From: Octopus vulgaris
Taxonomy: Eukaryota
DNA: 64,000 nt
Assembly (NCBI GenBank): GCA_951406725.2
Contig: OX597831.1
Coordinates: 25,916,001 to 25,980,000 of the forward strand
Reading direction: 5' to 3'
Positions 12,576 through 26,730 of the stretch are shown piece by piece. The position numbers and the translations under genes were made by a program. How positions within the stretch are numbered: the first letter of the stretch is position 1; the number at the start of each line of letters is the position of its first letter. Below the pieces are notes generated by a model, which had not been told where the DNA came from, made no database searches, and worked only from the letters and a program-made list of their open reading frames with translations.

Positions 12576-14367
12576 CATAGAGATTTCTGTAGAAAGTAAT
12601 ATTTGGAATTTATTTCCAGTTCAGTTTTATTACCAAATACTAAGAAATGGAAGGTGAATGTTTTTGTAGTCTATGTTCTATTTTATGAAAATAAAGTGTA
12701 TGTAGCTTTGTACAGAATATTGGTCACATTTTCTTTTAATGCAACAATTTACTGGTTATATATTTGTGGTTGGGTCATTGATGTCAACTTCCTGTAGATG
12801 TCCAATAACTTATTAGAGGCTGTATGTACTATTTCAAATTTATAGCAGTCTTTGGTGCAAGAACTGTATGAAAACATTACTAACTTTGGTGGAACCATAT
12901 AATGCAAAATTCTGCTTGGTTTTCTCCATAGTCCTAACTTTCTGTTTTCTCCTGCAATTCCATTTAATCCAGGAAATTCTCTACCATTTGTTTAATTGCT
13001 CAACATCTTTTACTATTTCTTCAGTAGATTTTTCATCTACTGTCATTTCCAGCTCCTCTAGTAACTTCAGAAATTATCAGAGCACATTTTCCATTAAGCA
13101 TTTTAATAACATTAAGATGATCTTTGTATAATTTCTAAATGTTTATTTCTGGTGTTATTATTTACTCTTCAGTACTAAACACAAGTAATTTTTTGATTTC
13201 TTCACTTGTAATTTCGTTCATTATTTCATAAGTTTTCTTAATCCTTTTCTCTCACCTGCATTCCTGCATTAAGTAATTTAACTACTTCAATAGTTACTTC
13301 TTCCAAGAATTTTCCTTTTATTTCCTCTTGAGTACTTTACCATCTCTGTTGAGACTCCAATTTTTAGATATTTTCATTTTAAGTTCCCTCTTATTCCTTC
13401 TCTAACTTTCAACAATTCATTTTTGTTCCTTTCATACCTTAATAACTTAGCAATGGTTATTCAAAATTCCTTTTCTTTTAATCTTTCTTCTTCTTAGAAC
13501 ACCTTTAGCTACATTCCAATTTACTTCCTCTACATTCTCCCCTGTGCTAGTGATGTCTAGATGTCCACTTACAGCTTCAAATACTACAAACTGATTTCAA
13601 CAGTCAATTACAGATTCATTTTTAGTTTGATTGTCTTTCAACGCTACTGTGTCAAACCCAGCAAACATTTTCTTCTTTTCTATAGCTTTCAGTTTCAGTT
13701 GAATTGTCTCTACTATTAAGTGATGATCACTGCTGATATTGCACTTTCATATGTTCTAATGTCCGGTCCTGAGGAAACAAAGTGCAAAGGTTCTTCTGGT
13801 TTATACATATACTCATAATACATATACTAAAATATGTATTATAACATAGCCTGGTATACAAGGGGGAAGACAGCAAGGACAATGGGAAAGTACAGAATTG
13901 GTACATTTGTCCTAACTTGGAGGGACTAGACTTAGAAGGGGTGCAAGACAATCCATATTTGATCTCTGGAAGGAAAGATGATATGGAGTATTCTGAATTA
14001 TAATGGTTTCAAAAGCATTATCTGAACGGAAATTCTAAGACAATGGAAGAAAGCTAATAGAGAATTAAGTCTCTATAAGCTTTCTTCCATTGTAATGAAG
14101 CATCAGTTTGCTATGTACCTATAAGTAATGCAGCCAATGAAGAGAAAAGCTCTTTCTATCAATTGTTGCAAGAAGTAATTTTCTGTATACTTAGCAAGGG
14201 ATGTCAAAAATTGTGATTGCTTAACTAAATGTGAAAATAGGCAATGATAAAAAAAAAAGGTATGGAGTGGATGACAGGTATACATAGGCTGGGAAATGTG
14301 AATGAAAACGATATAAGATTGATCAGCTGCTGAACAGGCAACGATTTCATTGTAAAAGTCTCTTTAA

Positions 14368-14588
14368 CCCTTTTGAGACCAACCCGGCTGAAACCAGCTC
14401 TTGCTCTGTAATACAAATGTCTTGTTTTCATAAGTTTTGAATTAAAATCTTCCACCAAATCTTAGTCGCAATTTATGTTCCTAACACTAGCTGAATGATA
14501 ACTAAGTTATTTTACTAAATTCTTTGTTATATTTAAAGTAATTGAAAGAAACACAGAGCATCTCAAAATAAATACATTAACGAAAGGG
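14368..14588. mobile_element. piggyBac-type MITE
   Basis: TTAA|CCCTTTTGAGACC ... TAACGAAAGGG|TTAA. Related decayed pieces at ~34428-34880. Confidence 0.8.
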
Positions 14589-15269
14589 TTAAACACAAAA
14601 GTATAAATGTACTTGGCCATCATAAGGTAAAAAGATATAGTAAAAATCGTCCAATGTAAAAGAAAAAAAATGAAGCTGCCAGATGTTAGAATATTTATGG
14701 GACATCTTAAAAATTATTTCCATGTGGAATTGAGATACATAATAACAGAGAAATATCTTTATTCACTAATTATTGTCTGAAAATGGCATTAAAAGATAAG
14801 CTGATACAAAAACATAATCTAAATATTTCTTCTGAGTTAAACTGACTTTTTACTCTTAGGGGATTGCATTAAAGAAATACTGATAAACAAAGATATGGCT
14901 GAGGAGTTAAAAAGTTTGCAATATTAGGATCTTGAGTTCATTTTTTTACCACATCTCTCCAATTAATACCCACCAAGTTAATCTATAATAACTTTTCAAT
15001 TAAAAATATTAAATGAATACTGGGGTTTGCTTGAGCCTTGTTAGCAAAATTGGAGAGATGGGAACTTTGTGGAAGTCTGTCAGATTGACTACTTATCCCT
15101 GTTTGTATCTGCATTAGGATTACATTAAGGACACAGATGTCTGTGGAATATTCAGCCACTTATATTATAATTCAATGAGTAGATGATTCTATTGACTGAA
15201 CAACTCAAACACTCATTATCAAAACCAATGGAGGACCGTTTTTTTTTATCATTTATTACAGATTAATTT

Positions 15270-15472
15270 TTTTTTACTTGTTTCAGTCATTTGACTGTGG
15301 CCATTCTGGAGCACTGCCTTTAGTCGAGCAAATTGACCCCAGGACTTATTCTTTGTAAGCCTAGTGCTTATTCTATCGGTCTCTTTTGCTGAACCGCTGA
15401 GTTACGGGGACGTAAACACACCAGCATCAGTTGTCAAGCAATGTTGGGAAGACAAACAGAGACGCACAAATG

Positions 15473-15503
<31 letters not shown>

Positions 15504-15679
15504 TTACATATATATGACGGGCTTCTTTCAGTTTCCATCTACTAAATCCACTCACAAGTCTTTGTTCGGCCCGAGGCTATAGTAGAAGACACTTGCCCAA
15601 GGTGCCACGCTGTGGGACTGAACCTGGAACCATGTGATTGGTAAACAAGCTACTTACCACACAGCCACTTCTATGCCTA
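15270..15679 (-). mobile_element. SINE family A
   Basis: Full-length match to family A. Confidence 0.9.
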
Positions 15680-15729
15680 CATTATATTAATATATTAATT
15701 CTACAACAAACACGTAGGCCTTTCCTGAA

Positions 15730-16740
15730 AGAAGTCAATTCTGTGACTGCAAGAGAAACCAGTTATTACGTGTCTCTTTTTATATAATTTTCTGTTGTAT
15801 TCCAGTTTGTTATCTGAATTACATTTTTGCCATTTTCCCACTTTATTTGGCAGTTGTTCACTGCTTTTGTCTACTTTCTAGATCGTCACTAAAGAAAGAT
15901 AAAACACTTCTATAATCTCCGTATTGTTCATCAATGCAATTTAAATGTCTGTAAGCTAATATTCTTAATTTCAGACTGTATCTTTGAAACATTCAATATG
16001 CTTTAATTTTCTCTATATATTGTTTCTAAATATACATATATTTTCTGTTCAAATATTGTTTTATTTCTTTCTAGAAATACCAATATATTAAATTTAGACT
16101 TACTGAGTTTGATCTCATTTTTATATTGCCTTTTAGAACTGAAATTGTTACAGAACTATCCACATTATTTTTATTCACTATTGTAATTGCATCTTGCATG
16201 AAGCCTAATATTAATTGTATCGAACATCTGCATCTCCTCTCCATCTACACCTCCTTGATATAGTTATCTTTCTTTACATATTTTCTTGGATTATCCTCTC
16301 CCCACTCTTCTAAAATATAGTATCACTACTTATGGGTTATTCATTTTTTTTTTTTTCAGTGACTTTATTTTTTTCTTTATTTCTATGCAATATAGATAAA
16401 TTTTATTTCTATCTGAAGCAAATGTACATTTGCTGAACCATCTAAATATTATACTTCAACCTGCTTCAATGTTTTCTTCGCAAAAGAGTTTGGCTTTCCC
16501 ATCTAAGTTCCAATGTGATTGCTAAAACTGTGTCAACTTCATTTTAATCAAATTTAATTCAATTAGTTGCATTTTTACTCAGTTGCTACATCCATAACAA
16601 TAATAGTGTAACCCATATATATTTGAGCTATGATATTGCTAACTTGTCATGTCTTAAACAGAACAAAAATAGAATGAAACATGTTTAAGCTAGAAATTAG
16701 TCTTTTATATGGAATTAAAACTCAACTGCTGTACCTTTAA
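15730..16740 (-). pseudogene. Possible decayed Penelope-like RT remnant
   Basis: Minus-strand fragments IVMDVAT, GT*MGKP and WRGDADV occur in the order of PLE RT motifs (FDV, G.xMG, RYVDD); heavily degraded. Confidence 0.3.
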
Positions 16741-16743
16741 GAA

Positions 16744-17050
16744 CATCATCATCATTTAACGTCCGTTTTCCATGCTAGCTAGGTTGGACGGTTCAACCGG
16801 GGTCTGGGAAGCTAGGAGGCTGCACCAGGCTCCAGCCTGATCTGGCAGTGTTTCTACAGCTGGATGTCCTTCCTAATGCCAACCACTCCATGAGTGTAGT
16901 GGGTGTTTTTTACATGCCACCGGCACAGGGGCCAGAGGAGGCTGGCAGCAGCCATGATTGGTTGGTGCTTTTTATGTGCCACTGGCACGGAAGCAAGCCA
17001 CGGCAGCGCTGGCATCAGCCATGTTTGGATGGTGCTTTTTACGTGCCACT
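16744..17050 (-). mobile_element. Family C retroposon
   Basis: Match to 3655-4026 with a (CAT)n tail. Confidence 0.85.
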
Positions 17051-18582
17051 TTTGAATATTATAAGTAGTTGGTAGATACATGTAGTTTCTAAAGATTAAA
17101 TACCAAGAAACTAACCTCTGGAAAATTTGTAAAATATATTTTAGTAACTGTTTTCATTTACATTTTGCTGCTCATAAATTCTGAAAGAACATTTATAAGT
17201 AAGTTAGTTTTTGTGTATTCTCTGACTTCATCCATTTCAAGATAAAGCTTGCAATGATTCTGCTGTAGGAAAGATGTGCTGGAGTGATTTGCTATTGCTT
17301 TCCTCATGTATGTTTGAAGCATTGTGGTTTTTAGGGGAGGCTAGAAAAGAATTATATTTTTCCTAAAAGAGTTTGCAAAATAAATGTAGTGAAATTCCAA
17401 GTAGACATTGAAATAGGATTGTAAACTTACCCATTGCTCTATATCATCTACTTAGCATATTTACCTACTGATAACATATACCTTTTTTTTAATGCTTTTA
17501 ATCATAAGTTTGGTAAATTTTCAAAAATCAAAACGAAGTATAATACAAATACCAATTTTGGTATTTACAGGTTTTAGCTCTAAATTTGAGTATTTCAAAT
17601 AAGAGTCCTAAAATGTAACAAGTCACTAAAAAATTTATGGAGGTAAGTTTGAGCATAATTTATCTCCAACCCAATTAGAAATTTATACTGGGATTTATAC
17701 TGCTTCCCTAGCAGACATTATGATATCATACCATGTTATATAATACTAGTATTTCCTTGATATCAATAAGATTACAAGGAGTCTTGAAGAGCAGATGACA
17801 TGATTTTGTGAGAAATGAAGTCACTTTTAAGTTATTATAATGAAGTTATATTGTTACAATTTACAGTTGGTTTAACTTTATTTCAAAGGTGGCTTGAATG
17901 TAAAGAAATATTTCAAAAACACATTTTTTCTCTCATAAATTTTCATGAATTGATTGAGCAAACATTAAATAAATACATATTATTTGTAATAGTCATAACA
18001 ATCACTCCTGCTATCTCTAACTTAATTTGAACATATAACCTCTTGCCCTGCAGCATCTAATAACTTTGGATGATTGCACCCTTGACAGAGATTGTCTCTA
18101 ATTAGTTTTGTACGACATCTTAGATTCTGATGACTTCTTAGTTGCATACATTCATGGCAGCATAAGATTTTCTTGTTAATTATCACACAGTATTAATATT
18201 CTGGAGAAGGATATACTGAGAATTGAACCCACTTTAAATTAAACATGAAGCAATTATTGCAAAGGCTGTTCAGTGTACAACCAGGGAAAATTTTCTCACG
18301 TGTCTTATTTGATTGATTGAAGAGCCTAAGTTCATGGAGAAAATAATTAATATTGCATTACTAACTTAATATGTACTCTAGTGGTGGTGGTGGTGGTGTT
18401 GGTGGTGGTAAAAATAGAGATAGTGGGAGTAAATCACTAATGAAATGGTGTGAGTGACTATAAAATATAGTTTGCCATAAATATGTCAATAAACTTTGAT
18501 GAGGATGGTGAAAGCAATTGTAATTGATATGTAGTAAGCATCACAAACGGTGAAGATATATTCGTAAAACCAAGCATTTTAT

Positions 18583-18636
<54 letters not shown>

Positions 18637-18665
18637 TCACTCACACACACACACACACATACATA

Positions 18666-19030
18666 CTGGGGGTAATGGATAAAGTTGTCACCATTTTATA
18701 TCTTTAATTTCACACTTGTGCATTGTTTGTTTTTGATTTTGTTGACTACACAGTATAGTAGGATGAGTTGGGCACCGTCTGTGTGAAAAATAGCACCATG
18801 ACGCAATTCACTCTGCTGGAAATTTGAAAACGACATGCTGTACTGCTTGGCATTCATGCTTGAAGCTCCAATATGAACACTTCAGAGCATTTGGGTGTCG
18901 ATCTAAGGACAGTGTGGTCTGAAGACATGTACCGAGAGTGATAAAAGTCAAACATTCAGTGAACTTCGTGGTGTTTGGTGTGATCACCAGTGATGAAAAC
19001 GTTATGCCTCCGTTCATATTCCCTCATACG
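18666..19030 (+). mobile_element. Internally deleted Tc1/mariner-superfamily (maT/DD37D-like) transposon
   Basis: TA|CTGGGGGTAATGGATAAAGTTGTC terminus; peptide remnants MTQFTL..KRHAVLLGI and KHSVNFVVFGVITSDENVMPPFIFPH (cf. KHP.xVMVFGVI.SDG.VMPP). Confidence 0.75.
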
Positions 19031-19444
19031 GCCGGTCTTGGAAGGATATCTTTTTTAGCTATGATAAGATGTTCTTATTTAAAGTCAAAGTGTAATAAAC
19101 ATAGCATTGTTAGATATTTCACCCTTTAGCATTAGTGCAATACATAAATTATTCAAGTAGTATCAGATTTTCTTAGGATACATAATCTCAGCTTTACAAG
19201 TGAAGAGAAATCTGACTTTTATTCTTTCTAAATAGTGTATATAAGTAAGAATAAAAAAACTGGTCTGTTGACATTGATACCTTGGAATTTACTCCCCACA
19301 TGTCAGGACAATGAGCTGACAATAGCCATTTGCATAGTTTCATAATAGCAGTTAAATCTCCATTAGAAGCCTCCATATTATCTTCAAATTAGACCAAATA
19401 TCTTAAGATCTAAATCACAGGCTAGTATTCAAAAACAAAATTAA

Positions 19445-19690
19445 GATTTGGTGTCTATGGCTTCAGTGACAAACATTTCATTCACTTGATTGCCAGAATA
19501 TTAAAGATCTGTTTTATAGTTACCAAACTAATTGGCACTTACTACTAAATCAAAGATCTGTTCTGCTGATTACCACTGTATCGGAGATTTGTTCTATTAG
19601 TTACTGCTGTAACATAAATTTGCTCTTCGGTTACCATCGCATTGAAGCTCAGATCAATTGTTTTCCAGTGTGTCATAGATCTGTTTTCAT
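19445..19690. repeat. Decayed ~32-bp minisatellite (approximately AGATCTGTTCT..GGTTACCACTGTA)
   Basis: Recurring AGAT(C/T)TGTT...TTACCA units; similar units recur at 21775-21855. Confidence 0.55.
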
Positions 19691-20099
19691 TTGCTCTGTC
19701 GGCCACTTTTAAGCAAGCAAATTAGGAGAAAGGGTGGACCATCATTAATGCCAAAAGCTCAACATTTACATACATATTTAAGAATTGGAATAAAGAATGG
19801 CAATAAAATGATTGCTAAAAGATTTAAATAAGATATGCTGGGATGGTAACTCATTTCATTTAAACTGAGGGCAATGAAATATGGTAAATGAGATTACAGT
19901 AAAGGTGCTAATAAAATGAAATATAATGAGATAGTAATAAAAAGAAAATAGATGAAAATATTAAAGTGAAAGAAACCAGCATTACACAAGGTAATTGTTA
20001 ACCCTGAATTTAAGGAGATCAAGATTATATTCTGTAAGAAAATAATGATGAGAATGTTTTTTCTGCATAATACAACACTATGGGGAAATAGTTTTGTGT

Positions 20100-21775
20100 G
20101 TGAAACTTACAGTGTGTCTGTGAAATATCTAGTTCTGACAAGGAATTCTTGAACTGTGGGAACAAAGAATAAAGCACATCTGAAAATCTTCCATCAAAGT
20201 AATGATAGAAAGGGGCCAAACTTGCAACATTCCATCAACGATGTAGTGATGAGGGTGTCAGCAATGAACCAGAAGACCGTACTGTTTGTCACCAAGGTGA
20301 TTGGCTTTGTTCAAGTGGATAATGATATGCATGTTAATGATAGGTGCAAGCAGCTTGTATTTGATACTCAAATGGCTAATTGGCCTCTATTAAAATGGGA
20401 AGGAAAGATCACCAGAGTTCTTGAAAAATAGGAAAACTACAGAGTGTTTGAGTGAATAATTGAAAAACTTTGCTAAACTTGGAGATATCTTAGATAATAG
20501 TTTTTTGTTGTAGTGAAAATGGCGCTCCCCTTCCCACACAACAAAGTGGTATGATACAGCCACTATAAAGTCAGACAGTTAGTTGTTGTAGCAAGTCAGT
20601 AGTAGTAGCATCATTGTATGAGTTCTTAGTTGGAGTCAGTGTCAATTACATATGTACGAGTTTGAGTTACTGTCAAGGTAGACGTTTCAAAGTCATTGTC
20701 AAAGATAATATGTGGAATACTGCCACAACATAAAAGTGGTAACAAGAATATTACAGGGCCGACAATAACATACAAGTGGACGAGGATCCACATATAACAT
20801 TTTTTAACTGAATGAACAGAATCTACTCTTGACCAGTTGCTTTTGATGGATCTAGATCAGTAATAACTTTTGACACTTCCCTGATCGATACTCTAAAGTC
20901 AGAATGAAAGCGGAAGTGAAGAGGTTCAGCATAGAATGATTAGAAGCAGCTAACATGGATTGTGATGCAAAGTTCTTAGCAAAAAACTTGGCTTTGTATG
21001 CATATCATGGCATTATTTCACTATCATTGATAGATGTTGGAATAGGCAGTTGTTATGATTAAGTATTTATTAGTTATTCTTCAGAATTCATGTGAACTCA
21101 GCCTCTCTTGATCAATTTTCATCTCATAAGATTCAGTTTAGTTATTCTTAGCATTCCTCAACACTCTTTTGCATTGGTTATGGGCAGCATGGAAGGCTAT
21201 GAAATTAGTGTTGCACTCATTTGTAGTGAAAAGCGACATAGTGGTTGTAATGAACTATACATTTCACAATAAACCCCTGTGAGAGGTTTTTTGTTTTTGT
21301 TTTTTTGTTAGTATATTTTATGAGGGACAAAATTATTGATCCTAGACTGCTACCATTCATGTAACTTTTGACATTCTAAGTTTGAAAAAGATATTGAAAT
21401 GGGTGGGATCAGCCAGTTGAGAAAACAATCCTTCTTAATTCATTTGGAGTACTTGAACACCGACTGATGGCAAAACTGCAAAGATTTTTCACTCTGTACT
21501 CCCATGACAACCATGGCCAAACAGTGGTATGATCAAGCAAGTGCGAATAGCAGAACTACAGCACGACTATTAGGACATGTAGTCAGGAAAAGATTTAGCA
21601 GATTAAGATTTTGATTACCAGCATCTGGAACATGAGCTTGAGAATCAATAATCTGAGTTAGTTCCTATGCGAAGAAGAAATCATGGCAGTGTTTATTATC
21701 AATGTTTGTTTTATTGGAATATAACCAGTCTTTATGGTGGATGTTAAATACTCCTTTAATATGGACATCACCAGT
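20100..21775 (-). pseudogene. Decayed Jockey/CR1-group LINE ORF2 (APE endonuclease plus start of RT)
   Basis: Minus-strand translation gives HIKGVFNIHHKDWLYSNKT...ELTQIID...VPDAG...NLLNLFLTTCP (endonuclease C-terminus), NQCKRVLRNAK, AKFFAKNFAS, DLDPSKATG and RPISHLS...LGDKQYG (RT start), with stops and frameshifts. Confidence 0.85.
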
Positions 21776-21856
21776 TGGTTACCATTGCATTGTAAATCAG
21801 TTCTTGTGATTACCATGATATTAGAGATCTATTCTGTTGTCTACTACTGTAATAAA

Positions 21857-22225
21857 TTGGGTTGTCCAGAAAGTTCGTGCCGATTTATAGTAGCTTAACT
21901 TTCAACTTATTTTAGAACACGGTTGAGTCCATAAAATAGGATTTGACTACACCTCCAATTAGAGCACAGTTTAAGCTATCTTTTCGTGGAAGAAGGTTTA
22001 TGTTCCTATAAACTGTGTTAATTTTGTAACCCTTTAAAATGGAAGATAAGAAAGTTCATTTTTGGCACTTGATGCTTTGGGAACCAGACAAAAACTGCCG
22101 CAGCTCAGCTGGGATGTGTTACACCCCTCCCCATCCATATTCACCAGATATTGCTCCTTTGGATTTCCACATATTCAGGTCTCTGCAGAATAGTTTTAAT
22201 GGTAAAAATTTCAATTCTTTGGTTT
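21857..22225 (+). mobile_element. Internally deleted mariner element
   Basis: TTGGGTTGTCCAGAAAGTTCGTGCCGATTT TIR; ORF 22039 fuses the N-terminus MEDKKVHFWHLMLWE to the C-terminal PHPYSPDIAPLDFHIFRSLQNS (YSPDLAPxD motif). Confidence 0.9.
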
Positions 22226-22706
22226 TATAATGGCATTAAAGCGTAGGTGTGATATGCTGGATCTGGCTGGTTAGAATATAAAACAAGTACCTTATTTGGG
22301 CTGGATATGGCCAGTTTAAATGCTAAAAGGTTAAATAGGTAGAATATCTTGGCCATATACGGCCAGTTTGGTTTCAATGCCAAAGAGTTAAAGTAATAAT
22401 GGGACTTGAATTTGTCATTAATTGAGCAGAGCGAAGTAACAGATATGTGTCTTGCCTAGGAATACAAGATGATGATACTGTAATAAAGTTTGAAATCACC
22501 ACTATGCAGTCGTGAGTAAAAATTTCAAGTCATGTAATTTTTTTTCCCAAAACCTATGGGCTGTTGATTTAGTCATGTTAAAAAGATTAGTCATAAATCT
22601 AACTTTGAATAAGTTGCTGGATTATTTCAAGTAAAATTCTTCAAGAATTCTATACATATTTTCTACAGGTTGCTGAACCAAAATTTTTGTTATGATAAAG
22701 TGAGCT

Positions 22707-22945
22707 AGGTGCAGGAGTGGTTGTGTGGTAAGTAGCTTGCTTATCAACCACATGGTTCCGGGTTCAGTCCCACTGCGTGGCATCTTGGGCAAGTGTCTTC
22801 TACTATAGCCTCCAGCAGACCAAAGCCTTGTGAGGGGATTTGGTAGACAGAAACTGAAAGAAGCCCATCGTATATATGTATATATATATATATGCTGATC
22901 TACTTCTAGCATAAGTGTTGTCCTAATAGTGGTCATCCCTCTCAT

Positions 22946-22985
<40 letters not shown>

Positions 22986-23204
22986 ATGTGCGTGTGTATG
23001 TTTATGTGTCTGTGTTTTTCCCCCTAGCATTGCTTGACAACCGATGCTGGTGTGTTTAGTACCCCGTCACCTAATGGTTCAGCAAAAGAGACCGATAGAA
23101 TAAGTACTAGGTTTACAAAGAATTAGTCCCGGGGTTGATTTGCTCGGCTAAAGTCGGTGCTCCAGCATGGCTGCAGTCAAATGACTGAAACAAGTAAAAG
23201 AGAG
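22707..23204 (+). mobile_element. SINE family A with a 50-bp foreign insert in its (TA)n
   Basis: Full head and tail present; insert at 22894-22943. Confidence 0.9.
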
Positions 23205-23679
23205 TACCAAGCAAAATATACCAGTTCAAATGCATTGAATATTGATGCATAAACTTAAGGTTGTCAAATACCAGTGTTATTTTTTTGACTGTTTTCTTCT
23301 ATAAAATAACGGTATATGTGCGTAGATGTGAATGCAACAACTTATTCCTTACACTCAATTTTAATTTTTTATCTCTAAACAGAAAGTCAATAACTGAAAA
23401 ATTAGTGAATTGAATAAAAATCCTTATTATTGGTCGCAAGTTTATTCCAATAGAATTTGAACTCACAACATTGGATAACTAAACAAAGCAGCTAATGGCT
23501 TAACATTTTACAGTTCTTAACTGTAACCATTCCCAAATGGAACATGAGGAACAATAGGATTAATAATATCATTTGTACAAATAATTTACAAATGTCAAGT
23601 AGTCTGATAAACAGGAAAGGCCCAGCAAATAGAAATATCTTGTAAACATCTCAAATAAGCTAATGACAGAAAAAGAAAC

Positions 23680-23731
23680 TCTCTGTCTGTCTGTCTATCT
23701 GTCTGTCTCTCTGTGTGTATATGTGTGTATT

Positions 23732-23784
<53 letters not shown>

Positions 23785-23837
23785 ATGCACACACACATAT
23801 ATACTTGTGTGTGCGCACTTATAAATTTGGATATGTG

Positions 23838-23933
<96 letters not shown>

Positions 23934-23950
23934 TATATGTATATATGAAT
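23680..23950. repeat. (TCTG)n and long (TA)n microsatellites
   Basis: Direct reading. Confidence 0.95.
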
Positions 23951-24408
23951 TAACTTGAAAGAATAATTTTTGTCTTAGAGTTATCTCTTGCATGTTTATC
24001 ATGAAATTAAAGTAATAAAAAGTTGTAAGGAAATAAAGAAAAAAACTGAAATTAAATTAAAAAGAAATTTTTAAATGACACTAAACTAATTTGTCTGCAG
24101 ATATTTTGGCTATTAGAAGTGATGCATATTATGTCATCAGAGTCCATATGTTGATCCTGGGCAAACTATCTTTGTTTTGTTCCTTCTTTCTCACTTGCTC
24201 TCTCTCTCTCTCTTCAATTTGTTGTGCATATCCTTTTTGTTTTGTTTTTGTTGTTTTTGCATGCTTTCCATCTGTTTGCAGTTTTTCTCTGAACTGCACT
24301 GTCACCTTTGTATGGGGAAGCACATATATACTATAGTTATACACATACACTGTGCATATGTGTGTGTATACACTCATATATATATTTGTATGTATGCTTG
24401 CATGTATG

Positions 24409-24462
<54 letters not shown>

Positions 24463-24588
24463 TGTGTATTATTTAGTATAGAAATTTTTAATACAATGTT
24501 AATAATGATATATTTAAATTTCTATTATAGTATAGATAATATCTTTCAGTATTAATTGGATTATTTTATGGAGGTTCTGTCTCTTAAT

Positions 24589-24619
<31 letters not shown>

Positions 24620-26206
24620 AGATAAATAGATATGTGTGTGTGCATGTATGTATATACATATGTGTGTATGTATATATGTAGGATCACTGACGTAGGTGAC
24701 CATTACATGGAAACAGGCTTGCACAAATAAATACATACCTCATGCATGCACAAATACAGGTGTTGAAAGAAGCATGTGCACCACCTGTGGATGTATGCAG
24801 AAATGCATAATAAACATACATACACACATGCAAATTCAAATATTTTGATGCATGCACATACACGCTCTCCATAATTGATTTGCATATTGCACACACGAGT
24901 ACAAATTCAGTTATAGATATATGCATACAAATACATCCACCCACACATACATCGTAATATTCTATTTCTCCACACACATATGCACACATGTGCACACATG
25001 CATATATAAACATATGCACATATTGCAGAGGTGCACGATGAAATGAAAATTCTTCTATTTATTAAACCTTATCACCTGTCAGTTCCTATTTGTTCCTCCC
25101 TCCATCTCTGCTCTATCAGTAAACCTGCCTGCCTGCCTGACTGTCTGTCTATTCTTCACTTTGCTCTCCCCATAGCTTTCTATCTTTTGCTCCCGCCTTC
25201 ACCGTTCCCTCTCCCACCCTCTCGTCTCTGAGCTAGGATTCTGTGATAACACCAAACACTTTGTATATTTTTTTCCCCCGCTACGCCAACCTGATGCACT
25301 ACTATTCCGGACACCTCTGAATACATATAATCTCACATACAAGCCATACATACACACACACACACACACACATGCAGGAGCACATACGCTTCCTTCTTAT
25401 GGATGCTACTATAAAAATCACCAGTGCTACCAATTTTTGTATGAAAGACTACTTTTACTGAAGCAACTTAATGCTTCTCTTCTCATTCTTTCTTTCATTC
25501 CCTGTATATTTTCATTCTCTATTTCATGCACTCTTTCTCTCCTTCTCTCTCTCCTCCACCCCCACACACAAATATTCTTCCCCATCAGGTTTTTCTCTCT
25601 CCCTTCATTACACATTGTATATATTTTCTCTCCATCTTTCAAGCAGTCACTTTCTTCTTCTTTCTCTCACTTGCTCTTTCTCTCTCATCTTTCCTCTGAT
25701 TTTTTTACTCCTCTCTTTCATTGTCTTTCCTTCGATATTCTGACTTAATTCTTTCATTTGTTTTTCTTTCTCCTCACTTCTTCCGCATACATTTTCTAAG
25801 TGCGAGCGTAAACTAATCTCTTCAAACCATAGTCCACTATAAATCTTCGTGTAAGCAATTCAGCGATTCCTTCTCATTACACATGTGCATCCACAGATTG
25901 TCATGCAAGCTCAGAGCCTGACACCAGTGTTATAACTCTCCAGAGTAGATATATAGTACTAAGTCCTATAATCAAAGTATTTCACACATACACAGTTTCT
26001 CCTTTGTTGAATCACAACAGTAATTTGTCGTAGAAGCCAACAACCAGCTAACCAGCTACTGGCTAAATAAACTGCCAGCTTCAGTTGTAATGAAGAAAGA
26101 TTGTAAGAAAGTAACAGGTATCTGACTGAAGCGCGGAAGCTTCCACTGTTGAGGTGATACAAGTGGGTTGAGTTTGTCGTTTAACCACCTGGTCAACATC
26201 TTTCTC

Positions 26207-26227
26207 TGGCTGTTGCCACTGCTGCTA

Positions 26228-26273
<46 letters not shown>

Positions 26274-26345
26274 CAGTGTCACTGCTGCTGTCATAGTAGT
26301 TGTTGCCACAGCTGTTCCTTCTGCTTCCACTGCTACTGCTGCAAC
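26207..26345. repeat. (CTG)n/(CAG)n trinucleotide repeat region
   Basis: About 12 consecutive CTG units at 26235-26271 with degenerate flanks. Confidence 0.95.
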
Positions 26346-26730
26346 TCATCTTTTGCTTTATTATCAATCAGTGTGGTTGCCACCACCAATGTTTCTATAA
26401 CTGTAGCTGTCACCACTACTTCAATAACATCACTGCTTTGTCTCAGTCAAAAAAAAAAAAAAAAAAAAGAAAGAAAAAGAAAAAGAAAAAGAAAAAGAAA
26501 AAGAAAAAACCCTAGGCACTCCTGAACATCATCTCTGCTAACAAGATAACAAGCAACATCCCTATCCTTTTCCCCCCTCCGTCACTATCATTATCACCCT
26601 TTCTTTCTTCATTACTAATATTCTACTCATTATCACCCCCTAACAATACTGTTGCTGTTACTTTGTTACTTCAGTGCTAATCACGCTAGAAGCTGTCGGG
26701 TGAGGCATCTCTGCTCCCTTTATTTCTCAG

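Noticed and set aside
17571-17642. 72-nt segment with a strong acceptor (TTTACAG) and donor (GAG|GTAAGT)
   Set aside because: Stops in all three frames; it could only be a non-coding or poison exon, and there is no other support.
24091-24336. Branch point plus acceptor (CTAAT...CTGCAG) opening an ORF
   Set aside because: No convincing donor, and the frame runs into (TC)n and (TTTTG)n low-complexity sequence.
23595-24555. YIYIYI and CVCVCV ORFs (also at 29.0-29.6 kb and 54.8-55.5 kb)
   Set aside because: Translations of dinucleotide microsatellites.
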